A DNA stretch of 64,000 nt, from positions 93,620,001-93,684,000 of the forward strand of contig JANJGN010000018.1 of NCBI GenBank assembly GCA_026770705.1. The letters are read 5' to 3'. Below are positions 51,975 through 64,000 of this stretch, piece by piece. The stretch's first letter is position 1; every line of letters begins with the position of its first letter. The stretch comes from Isurus oxyrinchus. Taxonomy: Eukaryota. The notes beneath the pieces were generated by a model. That model was not told where the DNA came from, did not search any database, and saw nothing but the letters and a program-made list of their open reading frames with translations. The position numbers were made by a program, and so were the translations under genes.

Positions 51975-53165
51975 TCCAAAAGTACTTGATTGGCCGTAAA
52001 GTTCTTTGGAGTGTTGAGCTTATTAAAGGTGTTATGTAAATCACGTCTACCTGCCTGGAGTTAAAATTGAGCCCACAGTTTTCTGATTTCAGCTTAGAAT
52101 GAAACAGAATAGAACTGAAACAAACTGGCATTTCGGAACTTGGTTCTTTGGGGATTAGGAATCTGCAAGTGGATTCATAAAAGTCATTGGATTTCTGAAT
52201 TGCTCTGTATTTGCTGACTACCATGTGACTTTTATTGCTATGTACAAATGTACAATCACATTGCAGCTAGAGATCTTTCTGTCCTGATAGCATTGTTTGC
52301 ATTTTGATGGCTGGCATTGTCTTTTGGTAGTTAAGGCCACGATGTTCCCTGGAGTGTGTTAATATTTGCATGATATTCCCAGTAACATGTAAACACTGGA
52401 ACGATGTAATCGCTTGCTGATCAGGTGCCAAAATGGCAACTGAGCTAATAGTATGAGGGAGCAGCTCAGCAAAATAAACTCAAAGCAACTTTTCATGATT
52501 GTTACTGTAGAATGAAGCTTTCTGGTGGAACCATTAAATGTTAACAGAACAAGGTCAGTTGGACCATCATGTCAGGGTGGCTTTCACAAGCCCCCTATAT
52601 CAATCCGAGTCTTCTGCTTGCTCCCTATATCTATAACTTTTCCTCTTCAAGCAACTCTCCAATTCAATTCAAGTATGCGCATCTATGATTCGCTGTTGGA
52701 TTAACAACACCTATTCCCCCAGAGGTGCAGAGTGGCATAAGGATTTGCGATTGGTCTTCCCAAACTAGACAGCGAGACCCATCATGTCCATGCAGACCCA
52801 GCATGTCCATACAGACCCAGCATCCAAAAATCTGTAGTTCAGCAGAAGAAAGGAATGGTGCTAAATTGGAGTAGGAAGGGGAGTCAGGAGTACAGTGGGT
52901 GGCAATATTAGGCACCTTGGCTTGTGCATTATCTAAAATATCTTAAGCTTCTCTTGCTGATAGGCAGGGAGTTCCTTCGTGACACTTCAGCGTACATCAG
53001 CAGATTGAGGTAGAATCATAGTGCAGCCTGATTCTGATTCCTCCCATCAGCAACAATACCAACACAGCCACGACAAAGCAGTACCGTACTCACCTTGCCT
53101 CAAAAATGCAGAACAATACCTCAAATCCAGGAAATTGCTCAAACTCTTCACCTGTTACTGCAACA

Positions 53166-53252
53166 AAAACAGAATTACCTGGAAAAACTCAGCAGGTCTG
53201 ACAGCATCGGCGGAGAAGAAAAGAGTTGAAGAAAAGAGTTGTTTTTACACCA
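53166..53252 (-). mobile_element. Penelope tail-only insertion with 12 bp TSD
   Basis: Reverse complement of the tail; GTTACTGCAACA at 53154-53165 and 53253-53264. Confidence 0.88.
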
Positions 53253-53319
53253 GTTACTGCAACAGTTTGACTTTAATGACATGTTGGAGCCCTCAAAGTA
53301 AAGCTGGAGAATTTGGCTA

Positions 53320-53620
53320 AGACATAAGAACTAGGAGCAGGAGTAGGCAGTTCAGCCCCTTGAGCCTGCCCCGCTATTCAATATCATGGCTGATCTCATT
53401 TCAGCCTCAACTCCAATTTCCCACCATCTCCCCATAACCTTCCAACCCGTTACTAATTAAAAATCTGTCCATCTTCTCAAATTTATTCAGCATCCTGGCA
53501 TCCACTGGTCTGAGGTAAAGAATTCCACAGATTCACGACCCTTTGAGAAAAGTAAATCCTCCTCATCTCGGATTTAAATCTACCACCCCTTAGCATAAAA
53601 CTATGGCCTCTGGTTCAAGA
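53320..53620 (-). mobile_element. CR1 3' end fragment
   Basis: 'cataagaactaggagcaggagtaggc..ttcagcccc' is the reverse complement of the CR1 3' UTR seen at ~58210-58290. Confidence 0.8.
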
Positions 53621-53844
53621 CAATCACATAGAATTTAAATGCACAAAAATGTGTCATTTATCCCAATAGGATCGTGCTAGTATTTATGCTCCACACAAGC
53701 CTCCTCCCACCTTACTTCATGTCACCCTTTCTCCCTCATATACTTGTCTACTGGCCCCTTAAAAGATTTTGCGACTATTCGTCTCAAAACACTCCATGTG
53801 TTAAGAAATTTCACATTCTAATCACTCTGTCAATAAGTTATTTA

Positions 53845-54045
53845 CAAATGGAAGACAGCAGATTTCCTTCCCTAAAGGACATTAGATGGGTTTTTACAAC
53901 AATCAACAATGGCTTCATGGTCATCATTAAACTTTTAATTCCAGATTTTTATCGAATTCAAATTCCAACATCTGCCATGGTGGTATTCAAACCCGGCTCC
54001 CCAGATTGCCAGTCCAGAGACAATACCACCACACCACCGCCTCTC
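53845..54045 (-). mobile_element. tRNA-derived SINE 5' part (same family as 10505-10870)
   Basis: Shared 'gcagatttccttccctaaaggacattag..atgggtttttacaacaat' and a B-box-like 'gggtttgaatacc' on the minus strand. Confidence 0.7.
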
Positions 54046-54049
54046 CGGC

Positions 54050-55105
54050 ACGTTTCACAATTGTACATTAGCGAACGTGCAACCGGTGAGCTGCACTACT
54101 CTCAGATCTTTGAGGTTTGTTTGCCCTTCGGGCAGCACTGGCAGTCATCAGCGCCAGGCTTCGCAGGCAGCACCACATCACTTTTAGGGGGCTCACGGGC
54201 AGGTCTCTACCTACCAGACCAGCTGTAAGGTGGGGTGGCTATTCAATGACTACAGGGCTAGGGCTTTTTTGACAAAGGTAAGTGGTGGCCTCAGGCAAGG
54301 GAAGAGGCTGCAGGGTGAGGGCAGTATGGGAGAAGGGGGGTATCCCAGGGTGTGTGTAGGGGGGCAGATGTTGATCTGTGCAAGTGGCCTCAGGATGGTG
54401 AGGGCTGAGGAGGCAGTCTTCAGAGGAGATGAGGCCAGATGGAAAAGTGAGGGTGTGTATGAGAGAGTGAATGGTGATGGCCCTTGAGCTGGCAGTGAGA
54501 TGCCAGTGAATGTGTGATGGCCTTGTGACTGAGAGAGTTTAGAGTGATGAGATGGTTGCCTTACCCAGGCAGCACAGATGAGATCATTCACCCGTTTTCT
54601 CCAATGGATGGCTGATCTCATGTGCAGCCAGGGCACTGACCACCTCTGCCACCGCCTCCCAAGCCCGAGCAGTGAGATTGATGGGCCTCCTGTGGCCAGA
54701 GCAGGGGTACAGACCATTGTGATGGGATTCCAATGGCATTCAGAAATCCAGAAGGCGTCCCAGGGATGTGTCACTGAATCGGGGTGGGGAGGGAGCACTC
54801 TTCTTGAATTTTTTTGGGGCCATGTCTTCACCGGAGCTGTTGTGGGCTGCAAGCATTGAGATTGAGAAGTGTGCACGCATGGCTGCAGTTTAGAACTGCA
54901 TCCTGTGAGGAAGCAGCAAGGCAACTGTGTGACGCACAAATTGGAGGCCGCCTGCCAGTGAGACGGTGTGTTTCCTGTGGCTGCATAATGAGGCTGGAAT
55001 GGGGCAATACGGTGCGAAAACCCACTATTGTGCCCAGCAGGCAAAACCACTTTTTCCCCGCCTGCTGCACGTTCTGTGCAAATCTGGGAGGATTCTGCCC
55101 TGAGG
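54050..55105 (-). mobile_element. PIF/Harbinger-derived DNA transposon remnant with a broken Myb/SANT-like ORF
   Basis: Minus-strand frames give PRFSDTSLGRLLD..AWEAVAEVVSA..RSAIHWRKRVNDL, typical of the Harbinger Myb/SANT-like protein; terminus 'gggcagaatc' near 55100. Confidence 0.7.
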
Positions 55106-55923
55106 ACATAGCTGGTCTGCCTCTTCCCTTTGACTGCTGAAACACGCTGTAGACTTTCAGCATCATTCATACTTAGTATGGTAACTATGTTTACATTATA
55201 ATGAAAGAAGAAAGCTCCCACTTAAATTGCTATTATAGCAATTTACGAGGACAACTAATTCCTTACCAGATTGGTAAGAAGTGCAGCAGTCAAGAAGTTC
55301 CTCTGTCCAAGTCAAAGCATTGCGAGAACAATAGCAACGTAGTATGGAGGAGAAGAAAAATGCATTATTTATGCTTGCCATTGTTGACTGTTTTGAGTGT
55401 TGCAAAAGATCCACAAAGCAGTTGATCTTCTATTTGTAAGGAATATTTTCACTGATACTATTCCCCAAGTATTAACCACTAATACTCTCTACCTCCTTTC
55501 ACAAATCAGTTGAATATATTTAACATTAATATTTCTGTAAAAGCTTTGACTAATGATGACACCATTTATCATGGAATAGTTTAACATATGAAGAGAACCT
55601 GCCCTGTAGTTATTGAGTCTGTGGATAAGTGAATAAGTATCAGGAGTATAAACCTTCTAGTGTTTCAGCACTCTTACAAAATCAGACTTGGAAACTAATG
55701 TCAAGTTATATTGTCCTGCCATTAAACAGTATATACAGAGCTGAAAGCCAAAGCAATTAAGTTTAAAATATGAAAATGGAATGGTTCCAAGCACTTAAGC
55801 TGTGATTGCAGCAACTGCCAAGAAAGACTCAAGAAATGTCTGCCTGTTCCTCCAACAAACTGGTAGCATGTGTCGTACAGGCACTCTCTGAATATCACCA
55901 GCTCCACTATTTTAACTAGAGCG

Positions 55924-55925
<2 letters not shown>

Positions 55926-55983
<58 letters not shown>

Positions 55984-56003
55984 CACGCGCACACATGTGC
56001 ACG
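55926..56003. repeat. (TG)26 microsatellite continuing into CG/CA alternation
   Basis: 78 bp of unbroken purine-pyrimidine alternation. Confidence 0.95.
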
Positions 56004-57734
56004 ATGGCGTAGATTGTAAAAGAAAAGTTTTACTGTACAGAAATTTTGTTGCTATGCATTGCAATAGCAATGTGACTCTTTGCATCGAATAGCTCCTAAC
56101 GCATTTATTTTGCCATATTTTTGTGCCCATCTCTCAACAGCGACTTCAGTACATCAATCCCCTGCTTTCCCTTTGGCTGTTGGTTTTCAGTGTCCATAAG
56201 ACATGCTAGACTCTATTTTGTTGCACTCGACTGGCAATATGCATACATTTTTACTGTAAATCTCCACTCTGTAGGGAAGCACCACTATGAATAATACATC
56301 TAGAAGCATTTCATTTTTATGCTAAAATCAAGCACCTCAAAATTCACAAGAACATTTTTCACTTGAACAAGGAGGACTTACATTTACATAGCACCTTTTC
56401 ACATTCCTCAGAAGCATCTCCAAGTGTTTCACGTATGATGAATTTTCTGAAACTCCATAACCATTATGTAGAGAAAAGTAGCAATAGCTTTGTTTAATGA
56501 GATAAACAATTAGTCCATTTTTTTGGTGGGTATTGTGTAGAAACAACCCGGTCATCTTCGCAGAGTCATCAAATCAAGCTAAGAGCACCAGAATAAACAA
56601 ATTTGACTATAATTAACACAAAGGATACCACTTCCAAAATTGCCACTGGTGTGTTTGCCTAGATTATGTGCTCAACTTGTGCTGCTTGACCACATGAGAG
56701 AAAGCATGCATGAGGCAGAGCTTACATTATTAGTACTTCTGCTGTGTAAACATAAATATATCCTAAAACTTCAATGCATGGCCCGAAACTGGTCCATCTT
56801 CATTAGTGGCACATTTGTTTTAAGTTTGCACATTTGATTCTCTACAGACATCTATGAAAACGCAGGCAGAAATATCTGTATCGTAATGAGTTACCATTAA
56901 ATGACAAGTTACTTTTTTGGACTGAAAGGGCGCTTTCCTCTATATTAGCTTAATAGACGCAGGAAAAATGTCCACCTGGGTGGCAGTATGCTGAACTAGT
57001 TAACTAAGCCAAACTGCTGAATCTTTAGGCATGTCTTAAACCATGCTCTGCAAATAAATGCAGTGCTGCAAATAGCAATGCACTTTCTTTATTTGGAAAC
57101 TAATAACCTTCTAATATTATACAACTGAGTCAGGCTCAAGCACTTTGTGACAAGAGACATGTAAATCAAACTACAGCGAGACATTAATAACTTGAATAGA
57201 AAGAGGCCAAGATTGTGGTGGGCTTTGTAAAGTAAATTGAACTCATTAGGTTAGGGAACCAGAAATTAATGAAGCTTAGCTTGGACAGTGGTAATGAGAG
57301 AGTGCGCATCTGAACTCAGGTTGCAGAGTTCTGGATAAATTGAAATTTGTAAAACATGACAGTTGGTTGGGAGGCTGATTAGAAGGGCATTAAGAAGTCA
57401 ATCTTTAATCGATGAAGGCACAGATGGATGAATGAATGCAGCCCATTTGATCTCATCATTCCAGAATAGCTTCTGCTCTCTACAGCTTTTTAACATCTAC
57501 CTCAAAAGGCAGAACCTTAGCATTACATCCTGTGCATAAGACAATGGGCCAGAATTTGCTGCCAAAGTAAGGGCGAATTTAATTTACAAATTATGAACGT
57601 GTAAAGCACTCAGCAAACTGGGGAGAGAAAGAGAAGCACCTTGAATTCTAAACAGCCACAAGTTGCTGGATGATTGGGGCCGCTTCACTGTTAATCTTGC
57701 AAAAATAGCAGCTTGTCCTCAACAGAGATTATGT

Positions 57735-58290
57735 TTAGTTATAAAGGGCATTGGTGAGACCACATCTGGAGTACTGTGTACAGTGTGGGTCTCTTTATTT
57801 AAAGGATAGGAATGCATTGGAAACAGTCAGGGAAGGTTTATTAGACAAATACCTGGAATGGGTGGGTTATCTTATAAGGAAAGGTTGGACAGGCTAGGCT
57901 TGCACCCGCTGGATTTTTGAAGAGTAAGGCATCTTGTTTGAAACATAAGGGGTCTTCACAAGGTGGATGTGGGAAAGAAGTGGGAGAATCTAGAACTAGG
58001 GGTCACTATTTAAAAATAAGGCATCATCCATTTAAGACAGCGATGAGGAGAACTTTTCTCTGAGGATAGTGGGAATTTGGAACTCTCTTCCTCAAATGGC
58101 AGTGGAAGCAGACTTTGAATATTTTTAAGGCAAATGCAGATAGATACTTGATAATTAAAGGGGAGAAAGCTAATTGGGGGTAGGCAGGGTGGAGTTAAGT
58201 TTACAATCAGATCAGCCATGACCTTATTGAATGACGGAGCAGGCTCGAGGGGCCAAATAGCCTACCTACTCCTGCTCCTAATTTGTATGT
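57735..58290 (+). mobile_element. CR1 3' fragment, apparently nested in an older TIR element (~57546-58741)
   Basis: 'ggcattggtgagaccacatctggagtactgtgtacag' (ALVRPHLEYCVQ); outer ends GGGCCAGAATTT and AAATTCAGGGCC are near-inverted. Confidence 0.75.
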
Positions 58291-58959
58291 TTGTATAAGT
58301 TTTATGTTTTTATACGGTCACCAAGCTCTCCAACCAAGAGAGAGAACCACAAACTGCAGAGCCGCAGTCCAGCAAGTAGCAAATTGTTGTTAGAGATTTT
58401 TAAAATGTTAAATTTTATAATTTTTTTCTTAATTTTCCTCCCTTCATGAAACCTTTACCTCACTTTATTTCTTTTTCTGTAACTGCTTTGACTCTAATTT
58501 ACCCCATTTCCTTGGTTTCTTCCTCAATCCTGAAATCACATTGGTTAAGGAGATAAACTGTCCCCTCATTCACTAACCTCCCAGGTGCCCCTTATTAATT
58601 CGCACTTCCACCAATCCAAAAACAAAATACTGCAATGCTGGAAATGTAGCAGAAAATATGTTTTCAAGTTGAAGGGGGAGGGAATAAAGTCTGACTAAAA
58701 GGGCATGCTAGGAGATCTCCCACTCCAGAAAATTCAGGGCCAATTCCAGTGCGGCACTGGAACAGCTTAAAATATGGGTTCATATGCTGGGCTGGACTCT
58801 GAAGAAACATGAATGTGATCAACATGCAATAGACCACTAATTTCTACCCATTGCCTGGCTCACCTTCTTGAAACCACACTATTCTAGCTTGATTCCTTTG
58901 TTTCCCAATGAAATCAGTTCATCCCGAAAAAACGTGTATCTCACAAGTGAACAATTACC

Positions 58960-59590
58960 TGCTCGTAAGTATGGCTTCACATTCTGTCCCCTCCTATTTA
59001 TTATCTATACATGGCCATTTGGTAATATTATCTGTAAGCATAGGATCAGGTTTCATATGTATGTTAAATGATACCCAGCTAAATTACTTGCCTTCACCGT
59101 TGACTCCAAAGCTATCTGGTTCTAGTTGACTAACATCAAGGTCTGGATGAGTCACAATTTCCTGCAGCTGAAGTATTGACAAAAACGAAGCCATCCTTTC
59201 CGGTTTCTGCCAGCATCCATGACCCTTTACATCTGTCCTATCAACTTACTCAGCTGCTCACTCTTGCTAGCTCGGATGGCCCACAATGTCCACATCCAGT
59301 TTAATCTTGAGCTAATCTCTATCTGTTGGAAACTAACTTTTTTCTACCTCAGCAACATTTCCTATTTGCATTCCTTCCTTCCTCTGTCATAAAAATCCCA
59401 ATCTGTCTTAAAGACTGATTTATTTTCTAACCAGCCTCATTGTATCTATTGTTTACAAAATTCAATTGATCCAAAACTCTGAAACCCTGGCTCAGATCAT
59501 GCACTCCCATTCGCACTCTCCATGCTAAGCCTTAAGATTGTTAGTGAAAAGGAAACTAGTAAGTTTCTTGCCCTTGCTTAAAAAAATCCC
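58960..59590 (+). mobile_element. Degenerate L2 LINE RT fragment
   Basis: 'PLLFIIYTWPFGNIICKHRIRFHMY..DTQL' matches L2 RT around the YADD motif. Confidence 0.7.
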
Positions 59591-62149
59591 ACCACAGCCC
59601 TGAAAAACTCAGCAGGCCTGGCATTTTGTTTTTATTTTATGTATTCTCTGACTCTGGATCACAAAGTTCCAATTCGATTCCACTTCTCATTAGCCAAGAC
59701 TACAGTAAAACTGACAACAGCTAATATGGCAGACTTGCAAAGCAAAACCCGATCCTGCTTTCACCGAACATACATTTGAGCACTTTGCAACAGAGACCAC
59801 TGAACAGGATTCAGGCGTAGGAACTCTGGCAGATCATTTTTCTGCTCCCTGGCTCAGGGTATTAAGATCAATTCTAGCAAGGCAAACTCCTGCCCTTGAA
59901 ACCAGCTAAGTTAGCAGCGAATCAAGCCTGGGACTTTCTGGTCTATATGACATAGTGCCAGGTAGAAAATGTGATGCATTTAAACCACAATCCCATTGAA
60001 GGAAATATGAGAAATATTTTCTTAAATCTCATCATAACTGAATTTTGAAACAACTCAACTTTTACCTGGTGCCTCTGGGTACCATTTCAAAACACCACAG
60101 TGAACCACACTGAAAACTACAAACAACCAAAGGAAAAAAGACTATTGTTTAGTAGTATTTCTCTTCCCCTCCAAAAAATACTTCTTCAAACTTCATTCTT
60201 GCAATTTGGCACCACTAACAAGGTCTGCAATTATTGCAGAATGCTTGTCACCGTTAAGCAGGTGGTTGAGAACCACCTCTTTGAACCATAACTTGAGTAA
60301 AAATATTCCCAGGTTGTTATCTTTACCCAAGAGAAAATGGGTCTCAAGGGTGAAAAATAAAATATAAATAGGAATGCCAGATGATACACTTTTAAACATG
60401 TAAGCAGGCCAATCACTACGCAGTAGTCAGGCCTCAGCTACAGTCCTTCATAAAATAGATACAGATGAGGTAGGCCATTGGGCCCATTTTACAATAGCCA
60501 TCCAGCAAGACAGGCAATGATCACAGTTCCAAGAATACATGAGATAACAGCAGGTTTCCCTTTTGAGGGGGAATTAAATGGAACTCTGCTTATTAGAGCA
60601 ATGCTGTGCAATTTGCAAAACCATACAATGTTAGCAAATATACTACATAATTAGTATATGTATTAGTATTTAGTAAAATTAGTTAGAAAGCAGCAACTGG
60701 ATCTTTTCCTTTGCATGTGGATGGCATCTAGCTTTTAATTGTTTAACAACTGGGGAGCAAAATATCAGAACCCTATCCTTCCTAAAAAAAAGATTCAGGT
60801 GAAGATTTAAGTTGAAATGTACCACAGTTGTAAAATCAACTAGTTGTACAAATTTTAGGTGTCAATATGTTTTACTCCTCAGTCAACATCACAAAAGACA
60901 GATCTTGTGACATGATAGTCATTATTACATGTTAGTTTGACGGAGTTTGCTCTGCACAAACTGACTGTCACATTTCAGTGTTATAACAGTGACTACATTT
61001 CAAAAAGTACTTCGTTGGCTGTAAAGCACTTTGGGATGTCCTGTCTCTTAACCCCTCCGCTGCCCCGCCTAATCTATGACATGCTTCTACTTCTTTAACC
61101 AAGTCTCTGTCCTGATAACCCATTTTGCAGCACAGAGTCAAATTTTGCTTGATGTCTATTCCATGAAGTGCCTTGGAATGTTTTACTATAATGACAGCAC
61201 TATATAAAATACAAGTTGTTCTAGGATTATACCACTTGGCATGCCACACTTCCTTGTAAATGACCAAAGGGGTGCTGAAGGAGTTGTGTGTGCAGGTGCA
61301 TAGTTCTACGACAGATGCAAGTTAAAAATAGGAAATCAGGATAAATTTCATCTAAAAAGTGCTCTCTAATACGATCAGTTGTAAAGGTTATTGAGAAGCT
61401 TTTCTTAGCATTGGTCAGCATGACAAATGCAGTTAATTTAAATTATCCTATTGCCTTTTTAAGTTCTGGCTTTCATCATGTAAATACCATGGGAGAATGG
61501 AGGTGGTGATATGAATGCACAAATTATACATGTGCAACACCATTTATACATACTTTTACAGTGGATACCTGAACAGTGATCAGTAGTGAAAACCATGGTT
61601 GATATTTCCCCTCCATAGCTCAGGTGCACTGAGAACATGCGAGGAGGGAACAAAACTTCTGTTGACTATGAAAACTAGATTACATCTTCCCATCAATAGC
61701 ACGAGTAAACAAAACGAAGCTTCCCACTCTCTTGCTCTCCCCCTCAATAACCAGTGTATACGGTGGGCACCTTCTGATCAATTTCATAGTTAAAAAATAC
61801 AACCCCTGTAAAATTTAGAAGCACTTTTTCTGCAACTGAGTCCAAGAAGCATAATCAAAAGGAACTTTAGCCTTAGCCCTTTACTTACGGGTTCTGCTCT
61901 TTAATCCATTAACTAAAGAGGCTTAATAAAACGATATTTTAAGATAGAATTTAACTTGAAAAATTTAGACTATTTTTTGCCTCCTTTCAAAGTTTTGCCC
62001 CTCCTTTTTCTTATGCCATTGCCTTTGTTGGGATGCAGCTTTACTGATGGTCACTATCCAGGATTTTGCCACTCTTAAATGTAACTAGCGAAAGTTGCCA
62101 GGCCATTTTACCAAAAGGGCAGTAGGGCGAGCTTCATTTAGCTTTTAGA

Positions 62150-62520
62150 AACATACGCGCATAGATTTTCAGAGCCAGTTACCAGTCAATAATCAGGTAC
62201 AGGAACCCTTGCTGATGTTTCCCTGCCTGAGTCAGAGTACCACCATTCCCCCACCTCCATCATCCAGGCTGAGATCAATTAACTCAGCAGAGACTAGGAG
62301 GAGCATCACAGCTAAGGCCACATTAATACAGATACCCTGCCAACACGGATCTCTGGACAGCAATTAAGACCAGCAACCCCAAAAAACAAGTTTCTCTTCC
62401 CTAGCCCCGGAGGGCTGACGTCTTCCAAAACGCCGGCACATTCAATTTCGCTCAATCAACTTAGTGATCAGTGACTGGATTCGATACCTTGCAGTTCTGT
62501 ACAGCTCAGTTACCCTATTG
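62150..62520 (-). mobile_element. LF-SINE-like remnants (similar pieces at ~15050-15300, 19050-19260, 24300-24580, 59690-59970)
   Basis: Minus strand 'ctgctgagttaattgatctcagcc...catcagcaagggttcctgtacctgatt' resembles LF-SINE consensus from memory. Confidence 0.5.
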
Positions 62521-62845
62521 TCTTAACCATGGTGGAAACCCAAAACTTGTAATCTGCAATATAGTAAATACAGCTCGCGCCCTGCTACACCAAACTGTTA
62601 AAATGAGTGAAATACTTTATACACGAAAACAAAATTAAATGATTTTAATTATTTATTACTAATTTTTTTTACGGGTAAGTTTAAGTTCTGGAAAATTCTG
62701 TGTGCAGTGTGGGGAAGTGTGTGTGTGTGAGAGACTGATTGCTGTTCTGGGTCTGGTATGCGTTATCAGCTGTACTGGATATAAAAAGAAACGCTGCTGC
62801 GCGGTGCATGGAGAAGGAGACGAAACTTAAATAAGCCTCACTTAC

Positions 62846-62890
62846 CGCGGTGGAACCGGACTGGCTTGCAATAAAGACTTTGATAACCAT
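62846..62890 (-). CDS. SH3BGR: SH3BGR-family exon 1 coding part, MVIKVFIASQSGSTA
   Basis: ATG in strong Kozak context (atcATGG), 45 nt, GCG|GTAAGT donor; matches the family N-terminus MVI(K/R)V(F/Y). Confidence 0.95.
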
Positions 62891-62989
62891 GATTTCTCTC
62901 AGCGATTGACCCCAGAAAAAAAGAGCAAAAAAAAAAAGACGAGGCAAGAATGTCTGCAATGATCCCCGACCTTCTCAGCTCCCACCCAT

Positions 62990-63260
62990 GCACAAAAAGC
63001 AGCTTCAGCGCACCACAAGGCAGCACAGTTGCGCAAAAGCCAGCGAAGTACGCCTCGGAGAACTAAGGCCCACCCCTCTAGAGCGCATTGATTGGCTACG
63101 AGCGGCTTCAATAGCGCTGCACCAATGGTAGGAGAGCTTATGATTGGTCGATCGACCCGTCAATCATTATACCCTCCCCGGGTGTGAGCGGCGCACCCTC
63201 CCTACATGGCAAGTGAACGGGACGAACCAATGAGATTGTAGGACGGCCAACTGCAGCGGT
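62990..63260. promoter_or_regulatory. CpG-rich promoter with four CCAAT boxes in both orientations
   Basis: ATTGG at 63091 and 63143, CCAAT at 63122 and 63227; CpG density far above the window background; directly upstream of exon 1. Confidence 0.75.
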
Positions 63261-63679
63261 GTAGTTTGCACATGTTTAGAAGTTAAACATTAATTTTAAT
63301 CATTTTAAATGCCTGTATTTTGTCCTTGCATAGTGAAAACTAAAATACAGAGTACTCAACTATTTACCTTATCGATAGAAAATAGCAGCAGCAATTTCCT
63401 TTCCACTCCGTAAATGGGGCTTGTGTGGGAATGGTCAGATTGACAAGTCAAGATATATGAAAAATAAATCCGCCACTGCTAAATATGCAAACTATAAACA
63501 AAAATTACTGTATTTTTACAGCAGGTGAGCTAGTTGACCAGGAAGGTTAGCTATAAACTAAGGTGGAAAGAGAAAATGCCACAGAGAACTTGTAGATCAA
63601 TAAAATTGTTAAAATGGAGATTGTAAAGGTGCAGAATATATAGATAACTACTTCACATTTTAGGGCACTGTAGACAGCT

Positions 63680-64000
63680 AAAGAAGCTTGACACCATCCA
63701 GGACAAAGCAGTTGCTTGATTGGCACCCCATCCACAAACATACATTCTCTCTACCACTGACACACAGTGGCAGCAGTGTGTACCATCTACAAGATGCACT
63801 GCAGGAACTCACCCAGGGTCCTTAGGCAGCACCTTCCAAACCCACGACCACTACCATGTAGAAGGACAAGGGCAGCAGAAATGTTCACAGCACTACCTGG
63901 AGGATCCCCCCCCCACCCCCCCAATGGGGCTAAGGACCGATACATCCCCTGGACCTGATGGGTTGCATCGCAGGATATTAAAGGAAGTAGCTACAGAGAT
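63680..64000 (+). mobile_element. Family B LINE 3' fragment followed by the start of a CR1 fragment
   Basis: 'AAVCTIYKMHCRNSPRVLRQHLPNP' then 'tcccctggacctgatgggttgcatc' (SPGPDGLH). Confidence 0.75.

Noticed and set aside
54250-55221. 323 aa minus-strand ORF as a host or domesticated gene
   Set aside because: It lies in a Harbinger-like remnant; the Myb/SANT-like residues are split across frames and only a short stretch is in this ORF.

Overview
Eukaryotic, repeat-rich vertebrate DNA; the repeat families (CR1, L2, RTE, Penelope-like, LF-SINE/Deu-SINE-like) point to a cartilaginous fish, which is an inference. The window holds one complete host gene on the minus strand, an SH3BGR-family member (best call SH3BGR), running from a CpG/CCAAT-rich promoter near 63.1 kb to poly(A) signals near 20.6-21.1 kb. 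The ORF track misses most of it. I read three conserved thioredoxin-fold exons (62846-62890, 37962-38147, 37078-37158), then a run of phase-0 acidic cassette exons including four 27-30 nt microexons, three ending in PVTE. A stop-containing exon (DEDEVDES*) follows, and a last exon can instead encode an SH3BGRL-like short tail (EAEALAEQKQV*). One locus may therefore encode a ~115 aa SH3BGRL-type and a ~228 aa SH3BGR-type protein. The second notable system is a Penelope-like retroelement family whose 3' tail carries a minimal hammerhead-ribozyme-like motif with a non-canonical core. It appears as a near full-length copy, an in-frame RT-deleted copy, several tail-only insertions with 11-15 bp target-site duplications, and a perfect 184 bp fold-back of two tails in intron 1. 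No prokaryotic features, rRNA, intact tRNA or CRISPR arrays were seen. Repeat boundaries are approximate; exon and TSD coordinates were counted by hand.
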